Assembly (NCBI GenBank): GCA_964496425.1
Contig: CAZBZO010000002.1
Location: 66,450-130,449, forward strand
DNA: 64,000 nt
Direction: 5' to 3'
DNA from: an uncultured Candidatus Saccharibacteria bacterium
Lineage (GTDB): Bacteria; Patescibacteriota; Minisyncoccia; Phycocordibacterales; UBA9973
In this document: one piece after another, positions 49,430 through 59,443 of the stretch
How positions within the stretch are numbered: the first letter of the stretch is position 1
Layout of the letters: every line of letters begins with the position of its first letter
The notes under the pieces: generated by a model
The model's database searches: none
What the model was told of the DNA's origin: nothing
Seen by the model: the letters and a program-made list of their open reading frames with translations, nothing else
Position numbers and translations under genes: made by a program

Positions 49430-50320
49430 ATGTATACCATAATTCTGTTTTATAAATACGTAAAAATCAAGGCTACTCATGAGGAGATGGTTAAACAGCG
49501 GGCTGTGTGCGAAGCTCTAGGTCTTTTTGGGCGGATGATTGTGGCCGAAGAGGGGATCAATGGCACGTTTGAAGGCACGACTGAAAATATTGAAAAGTAT
49601 ATTACCTGGATGAATGGGCGGAAAGGATTTATGGACATCCATTGGAAAAAAAGTGCTGGTACTGGAGAGGCATTCCCAAGATTATCTATCAAAGTACGAA
49701 ATGAAATAGTTTCGCTCCATTTGGGCAAAGAAAAAGATATTGATCCTCGGAAGTTTACTGGAGCGCATTTGAAACCCGAAAAACTCAAAGAGTGGTATGA
49801 CCAAGGCAAAGAGTTCTACATCGTCGATATGCGAAATAGTTACGAACTCAAAGTAGGTAAATTTGAAAATACTGTTTTCCCCGGTATGGAGAATTTTCGG
49901 GATTTGAAAGAAAAAGTGAACGAAATAAAAAATCTCAAAGATAAAACAGTGCTCACCGTCTGTACAGGAGGCGTGCGGTGCGAAAAAGCCTCTGGATATC
50001 TGAAACGAGAAGGGTTTACTGATGTCCATCAGCTAGATGGAGGTATTGTGTCTTACATGGAAAAATATCCTGGCCAAGATTTTAAAGGATCTCTTTATGT
50101 CTTCGACAATCGTATTACTATGCATTTTGATAAGCCGGAAACTCATGAAGTGATTGGTGTATGTGGACGATGTGGAGAAAAATCCGAGCATTACATAAAC
50201 TGTGGCAACCAACTCTGCCATGAGCATATTATTTGTTGCGAGCAGTGCGTAGAAGCACATGCTGGAATCGGCTATTGCTCAGACAGTTGCAAAGAAGTGA
50301 GTTCTCCACAGATTGCATAG
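49430..50320 (+). CDS. trhO: rhodanese-domain tRNA U34 hydroxylase TrhO (YceA/UPF0176) with Cys-rich C-terminal extension
   Basis: ILFYKY...CEALGLFGRMIVAEEGINGT N-terminal signature, rhodanese active-site Cys (CTGGVRCEKA). The C-terminal CGRCGE...CGNQLC...CCEQC..C..C cluster is an extension. Confidence 0.75.
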   Translation: MYTIILFYKYVKIKATHEEMVKQRAVCEALGLFGRMIVAEEGINGTFEGTTENIEKYITWMNGRKGFMDIHWKKSAGTGEAFPRLSIKVRNEIVSLHLGKEKDIDPRKFTGAHLKPEKLKEWYDQGKEFYIVDMRNSYELKVGKFENTVFPGMENFRDLKEKVNEIKNLKDKTVLTVCTGGVRCEKASGYLKREGFTDVHQLDGGIVSYMEKYPGQDFKGSLYVFDNRITMHFDKPETHEVIGVCGRCGEKSEHYINCGNQLCHEHIICCEQCVEAHAGIGYCSDSCKEVSSPQIA

Positions 50321-50416
50321 TAAAGGCTTTCTCGGCATAGTATACTTTACAAATAAGGTCGAAGAACTTTATGGCGACAGTCGCTATAAAACAATTTTTT
50401 AAAACAATATATTACT

Positions 50417-50818
50417 ATGGCAAAAAAGTTAGCAATGATTTTTGGAGTAGTGTTCGTACTTGTTGGCTTGCTTGGATTTATCAATAATCCGATAGTCGGT
50501 GCGGAGGGTATTTTCAATACAAATATGCTCCACAATATCGCGCATTTGCTTATTGGTATTGTCCTTATCCTTGTAGCCAAAAAAGAAAGCACGGCAGTAC
50601 TGTGGATGAAAATCTTCGGTGCAGTCTATCTACTTTTGGCGGTACTCGGCTTTATGGTGGTTTCAAAAGGTGGCGACATGATTCTCAATCTTGTTGCAGT
50701 CAACGCCGCAGACAACTGGCTCCATGTCGTCCTCGGTGTAGTACTCCTCATCGTCGGCTTTATGGCTGGCAAAAGTACAACGCAGGGACCAGCAATGAAC
50801 TCTTCTTCAAATATGTAA
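50417..50818 (+). CDS. hypothetical 4-TM membrane protein (DUF4383-like)
   Basis: 133 aa with four hydrophobic helices and a conserved LHN..HL pattern. Confidence 0.5.
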   Translation: MAKKLAMIFGVVFVLVGLLGFINNPIVGAEGIFNTNMLHNIAHLLIGIVLILVAKKESTAVLWMKIFGAVYLLLAVLGFMVVSKGGDMILNLVAVNAADNWLHVVLGVVLLIVGFMAGKSTTQGPAMNSSSNM

Positions 50819-50845
50819 CATGTAGAGTTATTTCTCTCGTAAAAA

Positions 50846-50870
50846 CCCCGACTACCTATCCGGGGTTTTT
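50846..50870. terminator. bidirectional intrinsic terminator between convergent genes
   Basis: aaaaaccccg...cggggttttt has an A tract and a T tract flanking a GC stem. Confidence 0.55.
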
Positions 50871-50934
50871 ATATTAAAAAAGCACTTACAATATGTAATA
50901 CGTAAGCGCTTGTAGGGATAATATAAATTTTCTT

Positions 50935-51588
50935 TTATAAATAAAATATATTTGATTCCCAAATATACAGAGAATGATTTTGTATCCAATAATTTTTTAA
51001 GTCTTTTGGCATATTTTTTTCAAACTCAGGATGGGTGATAAATATATATTTATTAAACTCACCAAATGAACTTGAATAAAGGACTTGCCGAAGTAGCCCA
51101 TTATACTTCTCCAGTGTTTTTTTAGCGTTGAATTTATCATCCGGATCGCTAAAAAATGAATTGCTTAAAATCTCTTTTACTACTAATGGTTGGAGAAGTA
51201 TTAGAGAAAATTGCCGCGCACTAGTTTCTGCACGCGGTAAATCTGAGGTCCATATAACAGCTGGACCTAAATTTTTCTCTTTAAATCTCTCCGCAGCCAC
51301 TTTTACTTCTTTTTTCCCAAACTCCGTGAGTTGGAAACAATCATCAAGATATTCGGGTTGGACAACAAAAGGATAGATCGTAAGCATGGTAGTAGGATTT
51401 CGTTCATATGCATTGTACAACTTTCCTAGAAAAAGTACAGTGGCAAGGATATTAAAATTTTGGTAGTATTCTGATACAACTAAATACGCATCAAGAGTGG
51501 TGGGGAAAGCCTTGGCTTGTAGATCCATCCAGCAACTTGTCCAAAAGATAAAGTGCTCCATCCAAGCCCCTTGCAGGGAAAGATACAT
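50935..51588 (-). CDS. hypothetical protein (lone minus-strand AT-rich gene)
   Basis: 217 aa with no TM and no recognised motif. Start uncertain; internal ATGs at MEHFIFW and MDLQAKA. Confidence 0.45.
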   Translation of the reverse strand: MYLSLQGAWMEHFIFWTSCWMDLQAKAFPTTLDAYLVVSEYYQNFNILATVLFLGKLYNAYERNPTTMLTIYPFVVQPEYLDDCFQLTEFGKKEVKVAAERFKEKNLGPAVIWTSDLPRAETSARQFSLILLQPLVVKEILSNSFFSDPDDKFNAKKTLEKYNGLLRQVLYSSSFGEFNKYIFITHPEFEKNMPKDLKNYWIQNHSLYIWESNIFYL

Positions 51589-51618
51589 CTTACTAAATCT
51601 CTCCTTGCAGAGATTTTT

Positions 51619-52677
51619 ATGTTTTTAAATAATAAAACCTATACAACAGAGTCAGTTACCGGCGGACATCCAGATAAAGTTTGTGATCAGATTTCAGATG
51701 CGATCTTGGATGCCTGTGTAAGCCAAGATCCATTATCACGAGTAGCTGTAGAATGCCTCGGTAGTCATGGGCTGCTTGTCATTGGCGGAGAAATTACCAC
51801 TCGGGCGAAAGTGGATTATAAAGCTATCGCCGCTACTTTATACAAAGATATCGGCTACGACGATGAATTAGAAATTGTCTCGCATCTTTCAGAACAATCG
51901 CCTGACATCGCTCAAGGTGTTGATCGAGAAGGAGCAGGAGATCAAGGCATGATGTATGGATATGCTACCAACGAAAATGATAGTTTTTTACCCGAAGGTT
52001 ATGTCCTTACTCAAAATCTCGCACGACAACTAGAAATGGTGAGGAAAAATAAAACAGTAGCGTGGCTTAAGCCGGATGGTAAAACTCAAGTGACAATGGA
52101 AAATGGCAAGGTAGCGACGATTTTGGTCAGTGCTCAGCACGAGAAAGGAATAGATGCGGCAACGGTGCGCCATGCCCTCATCGAACATGTCATCAAGCCG
52201 ATGGTTAACATTGACCTTGCTGATATAGAAATACTCACAAACCCAACAGGGACTTTCGTTAGTGGTGGTTTTGAAGCCGACTGTGGCGTGACTGGACGAA
52301 AAATTATGGTGGATAGCTATGGTGGTCTTGCTCCTCACGGCGGCGGGTGCTTTTCAGGTAAAGATGCTACAAAAGTTGATCGTTCTGGGGCATATATGGC
52401 TCGTTTCGCAGCAAAAAACCTTGTCGCCAAAGGTTTTGGTAATCAAATCATTGTTTCAGTCGCATATGCAATCGGTAAAGAAGAACCACTTATGTTGCAA
52501 GCTATCGATGAAAAAGGTACCGATCTATCTGAAGTTTTAAAAAAGAATTTTGATTTCAGACCTCGCGCAATTATCGAGCGTCTAGCGCTTCGTAATCCGA
52601 TTTATCAAAAAACTGCTACGTATGGCCATTTTGGTATCAAAAACGTACCGTGGGAAGCTTTGGTTGACTTGGCATGA
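51619..52677 (+). CDS. metK: S-adenosylmethionine synthetase
   Basis: TTESVTGGHPDKVCDQISDAILDA N-terminal signature and GGGCFSGKD. Start re-set to ATG (MFLNNK). Confidence 0.95.
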   Translation: MFLNNKTYTTESVTGGHPDKVCDQISDAILDACVSQDPLSRVAVECLGSHGLLVIGGEITTRAKVDYKAIAATLYKDIGYDDELEIVSHLSEQSPDIAQGVDREGAGDQGMMYGYATNENDSFLPEGYVLTQNLARQLEMVRKNKTVAWLKPDGKTQVTMENGKVATILVSAQHEKGIDAATVRHALIEHVIKPMVNIDLADIEILTNPTGTFVSGGFEADCGVTGRKIMVDSYGGLAPHGGGCFSGKDATKVDRSGAYMARFAAKNLVAKGFGNQIIVSVAYAIGKEEPLMLQAIDEKGTDLSEVLKKNFDFRPRAIIERLALRNPIYQKTATYGHFGIKNVPWEALVDLA

Positions 52678-52694
52678 TGCTATAATTATCCGTA

Positions 52695-53390
52695 ATGGAA
52701 ATAAAAAAACGAAAAGTTGCTATTTTCGATATTGACGGTACAATTTTCCGTTCTAGTTTACTTATTGCACTTATCGAAGGCTTGATCGAGGCTGGGATGT
52801 TTTCTCCAAAGATCAGAAAGGAATACGAAAAAGAGTTGAATCGTTGGCAAGACAGGAAAGGGGAGTATGAGGACTATATTTTAAAAGTCGTCGAGGCTTT
52901 TATGGTGCACGTAAAAGGGCTTCCGTTTGAATCATTCGAACAGGTCGCAAAAAAAGTTGTGCAAGAAAACCAAGACCGAATATATCGCTATAGCCGTGAT
53001 TTGATCCGTGATCTGAAAAAGAAAAAATACTTTTTACTTGCAATATCTCAGTCTCCGTGGGGCATTGCCAATATATTTTCCAAAAATTTAGGGTTTGATA
53101 AAGTCTATGGACGTTTTTATGAGCTTGGACCATCAGATCAATTTACCGGAAAAATTATTGATGAGCATTTGATCGCCAACAAAGGCACGATCGTAAAGCG
53201 CGCCATAGAAAAAGAAAATCTCACACTTCGGGATTCAATTGGGGTCGGAGATACAGAAGGGGATATTGCTATGCTCGAACTTGTCGAAAATCCCATTTGT
53301 TTTAATCCAAATATGAAACTCTACCGCACTGCGAAACGCCAAGGCTGGAAAGTCGTTGTCGAGCGCAAAGACGTTATCTATACTTTGTAA
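52695..53390 (+). CDS. HAD-IB family hydrolase (phosphoserine phosphatase-like)
   Basis: Motif I DIDGTI, motif III/IV GVGDTEGD. Confidence 0.7.
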   Translation: MEIKKRKVAIFDIDGTIFRSSLLIALIEGLIEAGMFSPKIRKEYEKELNRWQDRKGEYEDYILKVVEAFMVHVKGLPFESFEQVAKKVVQENQDRIYRYSRDLIRDLKKKKYFLLAISQSPWGIANIFSKNLGFDKVYGRFYELGPSDQFTGKIIDEHLIANKGTIVKRAIEKENLTLRDSIGVGDTEGDIAMLELVENPICFNPNMKLYRTAKRQGWKVVVERKDVIYTL

Positions 53391-53421
53391 GGCACTTTTT
53401 CTTCGTGGTATACTCAACTGC

Positions 53422-54168
53422 ATGAATGAATCCACCGGTACGCTTTATGTTGTAGCTACACCTATCGGTAATCTTGAAGACATAACACTTCGGGCGCTTA
53501 CAGTACTTGGAAGTGTGGATCTAGTGCTTTCAGAAGATACTCGAGTAACAGCCAAACTCTTTGCAGCGCATTCGATACAAAAAAAACTCATACGCTACGA
53601 CTCGCACAGCAAGAGCGATTTTTCAGACAAAATGGCAGTATTGCTCACTGAGGGAAAAAATATTGCTCTTGTGTCTGATGCGGGTACGCCGGGCATATCT
53701 GACCCAGGAATGCTTTTGGTACACACCATTCGAGGGAAATATCCGACAATCCCAATTGTCGCTATTCCGGGACCGTCCGCCGTTACAGCAGCCCTTTCCG
53801 CAAGCGGACTTCCTGCATCGGATTTTCTTTTTTTAGGCTTTTTGCCTCATAAAAAGGGGAGACAAACGTTGCTTCAAGAAACCAAAGATTCAAAACGCAC
53901 CGTGGTGCTGTATGAATCACCACATCGGATCTTAAAACTGCTTGATGAACTAGAAAAAATAATCGAAGGCACACGAACTGTTATTATCGGTAGAGAGCTA
54001 ACAAAACACTTCGAAGAATTCATCTCGGGTACCGCATCAGAACTTAAAATATTTTTTGCAAAAAATCCTGAAAAAGTGCGAGGGGAATTTGTCGTGATGA
54101 TAGAAGCTCTTGGAAAATTACCACACAGTACAAGTCCCAAAAAATCGAAATACCCACCAAAATATTAA
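53422..54168 (+). CDS. rsmI: 16S rRNA (cytidine1402-2'-O)-methyltransferase
   Basis: GTLYVVATPIGNLEDITLRAL...SEDTR tetrapyrrole-methylase-fold N-terminus. Start re-set to ATG. Confidence 0.85.
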   Translation: MNESTGTLYVVATPIGNLEDITLRALTVLGSVDLVLSEDTRVTAKLFAAHSIQKKLIRYDSHSKSDFSDKMAVLLTEGKNIALVSDAGTPGISDPGMLLVHTIRGKYPTIPIVAIPGPSAVTAALSASGLPASDFLFLGFLPHKKGRQTLLQETKDSKRTVVLYESPHRILKLLDELEKIIEGTRTVIIGRELTKHFEEFISGTASELKIFFAKNPEKVRGEFVVMIEALGKLPHSTSPKKSKYPPKY

Positions 54169-54206
54169 ATCTTTCATTTTATCTCTTTGTATCGTATACT
54201 TATTCC

Positions 54207-54416
54207 ATGATCGGACAGGCCAAAATACTGCTTGTATTGGGAGCGCTCGCTTCAGTCGTATCTTTCCTTGGGCTTCCAGAGACTATCAAAAAGATTGCAT
54301 TACTGGTCTTAGGTCTCGCTGTAGCAGTCTTGGCGCGCCTTATTCTTCGCAGATTGCACATGCTTGAAGATAAGAAGGATATTAACAATAGTACATACAC
54401 TGAGCATCGGATATAA
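54207..54416 (+). CDS. small 2-TM membrane protein
   Basis: 69 aa with two hydrophobic helices. Confidence 0.35.
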   Translation: MIGQAKILLVLGALASVVSFLGLPETIKKIALLVLGLAVAVLARLILRRLHMLEDKKDINNSTYTEHRI

Positions 54417-54455
54417 ACCTAACATATAGCAATTTATTTGCTGTACAAAATATAT

Positions 54456-55664
54456 ATGGAACAACGAAAATTTACATCGCGATTTAGATTGGTTGCAGGT
54501 ATTTTACTTGCACTTGTTTTTGTTGGAGGTATATATGTTGGTGTGCACGGGCGAGAAGCTTTAGCAAAAATTACTTCGCTTTCTGCTGTTGAATCTGAAA
54601 CCGCAGATTTCACTTCTTTTTGGAAAGTTTGGAATATTATAAACGAAAAATATCCCAATGCTTCAGGCGTGAGTTCACAAGAGCGAGTCTATGGTGCTAT
54701 TAAAGGCCTCGTCGAATCGCTCGAAGATCCATATTCTGAATTTTTTACGCCAGAAGAAACGAAAGATTTCCAGGATCTTATCAACGGCTCATTTGGGGGT
54801 GTTGGAATTGAAATCGGCGTGAAAGAAAAAACTCTCACTGCAATGTCTGTGCTGCCAAATACTCCAGCGGAAAAAGCCGGAATACTTGCAGGCGATAAGA
54901 TTTTAAAGATTGATGCTACTGCGACAAGTGATCTGTCTATAAATGGAGCAGTTAACCTTATTAAGGGTGAAGAAGGGACAACGGTAACGCTTACTATTTA
55001 TCGCGAAGGAGAAAGTGTGACTCGAGAGATTGCTCTGGTGAGGGCTAAAATCATCGTGCCCACACTTTCCACCGAACTTCGTTCTGATGGCATATTTGTG
55101 ATTGAATTTTACAATTTCGACTCGCACGCTATTTCCGAATTCAAAACTGCAGTTTTGGCATTTGCAAAAACTGGGTCAAAAAAACTTATTATTGATTTGC
55201 GAGGAAATCCGGGAGGTTTTTTGGATGCAGCAATCGATACTGCAAGCTGGTTTCTGCCAGCAGGAGAGGTGATTGTTCGTGAAAATTTTGGCCCAGACGA
55301 ACCTGAAACTATATATCGCAGCAAAGGATACGCCACACTACAAGGTAAAAATATAAAAATTGAAATACTTGTTGATGGAGGTTCGGCTTCAGCGTCAGAA
55401 ATTTTTGCAGGAGCACTCTCTGAGCATGGTGTCGCTGATTTAGTAGGAGAGCAGACATACGGAAAAGGTTCAGTTCAGGAACTTATCGGCATTACTGGAG
55501 AAACTTCTCTTAAGCTGACTATTGCCAAATGGCTTACACCAAAAGGTATTTCTATCTCAGAACAAGGCTTGACCCCAACCTACGTAGTACCTTTTACGGA
55601 TAATGATGCAACTCTCGCGATTGACCCTCAGCTTAACAAAGCTATTGAACTCTTAAATCAATGA
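54456..55664 (+). CDS. ctp: carboxyl-terminal processing protease (S41A)
   Basis: N-terminal TM, PDZ (GILAGDKILKID), DLRGNPGG and catalytic GGSASASEIFAG. Confidence 0.85.
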   Translation: MEQRKFTSRFRLVAGILLALVFVGGIYVGVHGREALAKITSLSAVESETADFTSFWKVWNIINEKYPNASGVSSQERVYGAIKGLVESLEDPYSEFFTPEETKDFQDLINGSFGGVGIEIGVKEKTLTAMSVLPNTPAEKAGILAGDKILKIDATATSDLSINGAVNLIKGEEGTTVTLTIYREGESVTREIALVRAKIIVPTLSTELRSDGIFVIEFYNFDSHAISEFKTAVLAFAKTGSKKLIIDLRGNPGGFLDAAIDTASWFLPAGEVIVRENFGPDEPETIYRSKGYATLQGKNIKIEILVDGGSASASEIFAGALSEHGVADLVGEQTYGKGSVQELIGITGETSLKLTIAKWLTPKGISISEQGLTPTYVVPFTDNDATLAIDPQLNKAIELLNQ

Positions 55665-56101
55665 AAGTAATTTTACGAAAAGATATTCCAAAACTTGGAA
55701 AAAAGAATGAGATAAAAGAAGTGCCGGAAGGGTATGGGCGGAATTTCCTTTTACCAAACGGCTTAGCGGATATCGCAACACCTCAGGCTATTGCTGAAAT
55801 CGACAGAGTAAAAAATATCAAAAAAGTTGAAAAACAAGTAGAAAGAAACCTTCTCCTAAAAAATCTCCATGACTTGGAAAACATTGTTGCGACGATCCAT
55901 GTTGAAGCAAATGAAAAAGGTAATTTATTTAAAAGTATTCACAAGGAAGACATTGCAAACGAACTTAAGAAAACACATCGGATCGAAGTTGATCCAGATA
56001 CTATTTTACTCCCTACGCCACTCAAGTCTCTCGGAGAGTATAAAATCGAAGTCCTCGTTATGGACAAAAAAGGAACTTTTACTCTGATAGTTAAAAAATA
56101 A
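55661..56101 (+). CDS. rplI: 50S ribosomal protein L9
   Basis: MKVILRKDIPKLGKKNEIKEVPEGYGRNFLLP N-terminus. Confidence 0.9.
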   Translation: MKVILRKDIPKLGKKNEIKEVPEGYGRNFLLPNGLADIATPQAIAEIDRVKNIKKVEKQVERNLLLKNLHDLENIVATIHVEANEKGNLFKSIHKEDIANELKKTHRIEVDPDTILLPTPLKSLGEYKIEVLVMDKKGTFTLIVKK

Positions 56102-56103
56102 AA

Positions 56104-56126
56104 CCCCGTAACGGGGGTTTATTTTT
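56104..56126. terminator. bidirectional intrinsic terminator (rplI / rpmA convergent)
   Basis: aaaccccgtaacgggggtttatttttt. Confidence 0.6.
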
Positions 56127-56137
56127 TAGATATTGTC

Positions 56138-56410
56138 TTAAATAACGTGTACGGATTTTTTTACGCTCTTACTGCCGTCAAAGTGAGTTTTTCTTTTGTT
56201 GTCAAAACGGACCGTTCCTTCTTTGAGTGCATATAAGGTATGGTCTTTGCCCATCCCGACATTTTTGCCTGCCACAATAACTGTGCCACGTTGTCGGATA
56301 ATAATAGAACCAACTCCTGCTTTTTCTCCAGCGTAAAGTTTGGTACCAAGGTACTTTGGGTTTGAATCTCTTAGGTTTTTGGCGGATCCGCCTGCTTTTC
56401 TATGTGCCAT
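56138..56410 (-). CDS. rpmA: 50S ribosomal protein L27
   Basis: [16 protein letters not shown]...[10 protein letters not shown]...GKDHTLYA. Start re-set to ATG (track start is extended upstream). Confidence 0.9.
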   Translation of the reverse strand: MAHRKAGGSAKNLRDSNPKYLGTKLYAGEKAGVGSIIIRQRGTVIVAGKNVGMGKDHTLYALKEGTVRFDNKRKTHFDGSKSVKKSVHVI

Positions 56411-56462
56411 AGTGCTATATTTTTTAGACTTTACGTAATATAATACAACCTGTAATTGCGCT

Positions 56463-56849
56463 ATGACTATACAGGAAATAGGCCAAAAAATCAAGCATAG
56501 AGCTAAAAGTAGGCAAGGAAACGACTTTTTGCTAGTGGCGACCCTTATATGTGTGGCTCTGACGGCATTTCTTCTTGGTCGTATTTCGCTTAGAAGCGAA
56601 GGGAAGCCAGAAGTGGTGATACAAGGTGCGCCACTTGATTTTCTTTCGGCACAACAAGCAAAAGTACCGTTTACGGAGGGAACAGGGTCAGCGTCTAGTC
56701 CTCTTGGAGCTATTTTTGCCTCAAAGAATGGTACTAAATATTATTTTAATGGCTGCTCCTCTCAAGTGAAAGAAGAGAATAAAATATGGTTTACTTCCGA
56801 AGACGAAGCACTCGCTGCAGGATTTACCAAATCAAGTACGTGTAAATAA
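56463..56849 (+). CDS. hypothetical signal-anchored protein with C-terminal Cys pair
   Basis: 128 aa, TM near the N-terminus, then ...GCSSQV...SSTCK. Confidence 0.4.
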   Translation: MTIQEIGQKIKHRAKSRQGNDFLLVATLICVALTAFLLGRISLRSEGKPEVVIQGAPLDFLSAQQAKVPFTEGTGSASSPLGAIFASKNGTKYYFNGCSSQVKEENKIWFTSEDEALAAGFTKSSTCK

Positions 56850-56855
56850 TTTCTT

Positions 56856-57725
56856 ATGAAAATACTAAAACTAATCGCTCCCATACTGATACTTACTTGT
56901 GTTGGAATTTTTTTCATTTCCGATGATACTCAAAATATAGTACTTGAAAATAAAGTTGTTAAAAATATTTTAAGTAAAGATTTCGGATTTAATTTCCATA
57001 GTAAATTTGAAGAGATTTTAAGTACACTTCCCGGACCACTAAAAAAGATAGTCGGGGATGGGGAAGTGCCTGCTTCACTTTCTGCATCTCTTATTATCAA
57101 TGCTACGAACGCGGCGCGCATGCAAAATGGAAACTTGCCAGCTCTGGCTACCAATCCTGAGCTTTCCGCGTCGAGTGAAAGCAAAGTAGATGATATGTTC
57201 ATTGGCCAATACTTTGAGCATGTTTCTCCATCAGGCATTTCTGTTGCCGAACTTACGACAACCGCTGGATATGAATACATTGTTGTGGGAGAAAATCTTG
57301 CCTTGGGCAATTTTCTAACAGAACAGGCAATCGTGGACGCCTGGATGGCGAGCCCTGGCCATCGCGCAAATATTTTAAATGATCGATATACAGAAATTGG
57401 CGTTTCGGTGAAAAAAGGCATCTATGAAGGCCAAGAAGTTTTCATCGCAGTTCAACATTTTGGCCTCCCACTTTCTACGTGTCCGGAAATAAATACTGGG
57501 CTCAAAAACACCATTACCGAGCTCGAGAAGGAAGTAGCTGACTTAGAGGTTGAGCTTGCGAGCCAGAAAGCCCAGATTGATGCCGAAGAGGGAAATGCAA
57601 AAAAAGAAATAGAAGCGTATAACGAAACTGTTGATATTTATAATAAAACGATTGCTGTTTTGAAAATACAAATCGCAGCATACAATTCGTCAGTCACTGC
57701 CTTCAATGCTTGTCTAGCGGGGTAG
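56856..57725 (+). CDS. CAP (SCP/PR-1-like, YkwD-type) domain protein with C-terminal coiled coil
   Basis: N-terminal TM. CAP-domain motifs GHRANILN, YTEIGV and central EH. C-terminal heptad-rich segment of about 80 aa. Confidence 0.7.
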   Translation: MKILKLIAPILILTCVGIFFISDDTQNIVLENKVVKNILSKDFGFNFHSKFEEILSTLPGPLKKIVGDGEVPASLSASLIINATNAARMQNGNLPALATNPELSASSESKVDDMFIGQYFEHVSPSGISVAELTTTAGYEYIVVGENLALGNFLTEQAIVDAWMASPGHRANILNDRYTEIGVSVKKGIYEGQEVFIAVQHFGLPLSTCPEINTGLKNTITELEKEVADLEVELASQKAQIDAEEGNAKKEIEAYNETVDIYNKTIAVLKIQIAAYNSSVTAFNACLAG

Positions 57726-57830
57726 GGCGCCTTTACTCTAGGGTGAATGTCGCACAATATATCTTTTGCGACATACAACAGCGAAAATATAAAGGGTAAA
57801 ATAACCCTGGGTAAAAGCTCTCCAACTTCT

Positions 57831-58088
57831 CTACTCAGTAGCTGCAGTCTCAGAGGGCTCGTTTTCAGTATTTCCTACTGAAGATATTTTCTCCTTAATA
57901 CTTTCATAAAAATGAATGGCTGCATTTTTAGCAACTTCACTGGCATAGGCTAGATTTGACTGACTCGCTGGTTTTTCAACTACATCTTTAATCTCTATAT
58001 TGAAATACCCCAATACAAGCAGTACTGCTACGATAATGAGTACGATACTTAAGATTCCTCCTTTTTCTTTTGCTTGTGTGCCTTTCAT
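57831..58088 (-). CDS. small single-pass membrane protein
   Basis: 85 aa with a TM helix, immediately downstream of the M23 gene (1-nt gap). Confidence 0.35.
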   Translation of the reverse strand: MKGTQAKEKGGILSIVLIIVAVLLVLGYFNIEIKDVVEKPASQSNLAYASEVAKNAAIHFYESIKEKISSVGNTENEPSETAATE

Positions 58089-59396
58089 CTAGTTGTAATA
58101 TATCATGCTGGATTGAATCGGCGGCCAATATTGCATTGGGTCCAAATAGGCGTTTATTGCGGCTACTGGTTGTGTGTAAATTTTGCCACTGCAGGCTTTA
58201 CTCGGAACCTGTGATACCTGTACGGCATTGTGCGGAAAAAGCGATACGTGGAGATGTGGTCCAGTAGAATAGCCCGTAGAGCCCGTATAGGCCACCACTT
58301 GGCCTCCTGAGACCCTATCGCCGGCTTTGGCTTTTACAAGCGATAAATGAGCATATACGCTTGTTAAACCATTGTCGTAATCAATAAGGATCCAATTGCC
58401 ATAGGACGCTCCTGGGCATGCTAAATCGGTGTTTCCAGCCCCTATAACGGTGCCAGAGGCCATGGCTTTAGCTCCTGTGCCGACCGCAGCCCCAAAGTCG
58501 ACTCCGTTGTGCGACCCAGATACGTACAATCGTTGTGCAGCAACAGTTTTGCCGAAAAGTTGAGTGATTTTTACTGTATCTGTTGGCCAGATAAGCGGCG
58601 CACTTCCAGCGAGTGGAAGGCTTCCTGGCTCGAGGATAAATTTGAGTTGGGATTCAAAAGAACGCACATCTTGTTCAAATTGGGCTTTGCGGGCGACTTT
58701 ATCTGCAAGAAGTTTGGCATAATTGGATTCCTTGGCTTTTGTTTCTTGAAGTAAGTCAGCTTTTTCAGCAGCAGTTTGATCAACAATTTTTTTCTGATCT
58801 GAGCGATCGTTTTGTAAAGATATAAGTTCTGCTTTGGTTGTTTCGATCTTCTCTTTGTTTGTGATGAGCTCTTTTTTCACACCTTGTAGGGTCTGTATGT
58901 GATCATCAACTTCCTTTTGAAATAAGATTAAATTCCCTATTTCTCGCCATGATTCTGATACCTTATCCTGTGATAAAAATATTTCAAGAAAAGTTTTATT
59001 ATCCATGCTATGAAGTTTCTGTATGCCTTTTATAAGCGCATCTCTTTGTTGTTCAATTAGCTCAGATTTTGAAAGTATAGTATCGGAAAGTTCCCCAATG
59101 CTCGCATTTGCTGAGCTGATTTTTGTTTCAGTCACTTTAATGTCTGTAAGAAGCTTTTTCTTCTGAAGATCAAGGGTGGCGATCGCAGTATTGAGTGATT
59201 TTTTGTCTTTACCAACTTTATCAAGTTCACCTTGATACTGCGCAATCTCTTTTTCAAGTGCAGCAATCTCTGCGGTTTTAGAAGTGATTTGAGCCTGTAA
59301 CTCACTTGCCGTTTGCGCAAAAATGCGTTGTCCAAAAAGCGCAAGAGTTATGACACACACAAAAAATACAAGCTGTACACACTGATTCCATTTCAT
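58089..59396 (-). CDS. M23 family metallopeptidase with N-terminal coiled coil (EnvC-like architecture)
   Basis: Signal peptide, coiled coil of about 250 aa, LytM motifs HNGVDFGA and GSTGYSTGPHLH. Confidence 0.8.
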   Translation of the reverse strand: MKWNQCVQLVFFVCVITLALFGQRIFAQTASELQAQITSKTAEIAALEKEIAQYQGELDKVGKDKKSLNTAIATLDLQKKKLLTDIKVTETKISSANASIGELSDTILSKSELIEQQRDALIKGIQKLHSMDNKTFLEIFLSQDKVSESWREIGNLILFQKEVDDHIQTLQGVKKELITNKEKIETTKAELISLQNDRSDQKKIVDQTAAEKADLLQETKAKESNYAKLLADKVARKAQFEQDVRSFESQLKFILEPGSLPLAGSAPLIWPTDTVKITQLFGKTVAAQRLYVSGSHNGVDFGAAVGTGAKAMASGTVIGAGNTDLACPGASYGNWILIDYDNGLTSVYAHLSLVKAKAGDRVSGGQVVAYTGSTGYSTGPHLHVSLFPHNAVQVSQVPSKACSGKIYTQPVAAINAYLDPMQYWPPIQSSMIYYN

Positions 59397-59443
59397 ACCT
59401 TTATTGTACCTTGCGCCGTCAAAGGATTCAAATTGAATGAATG

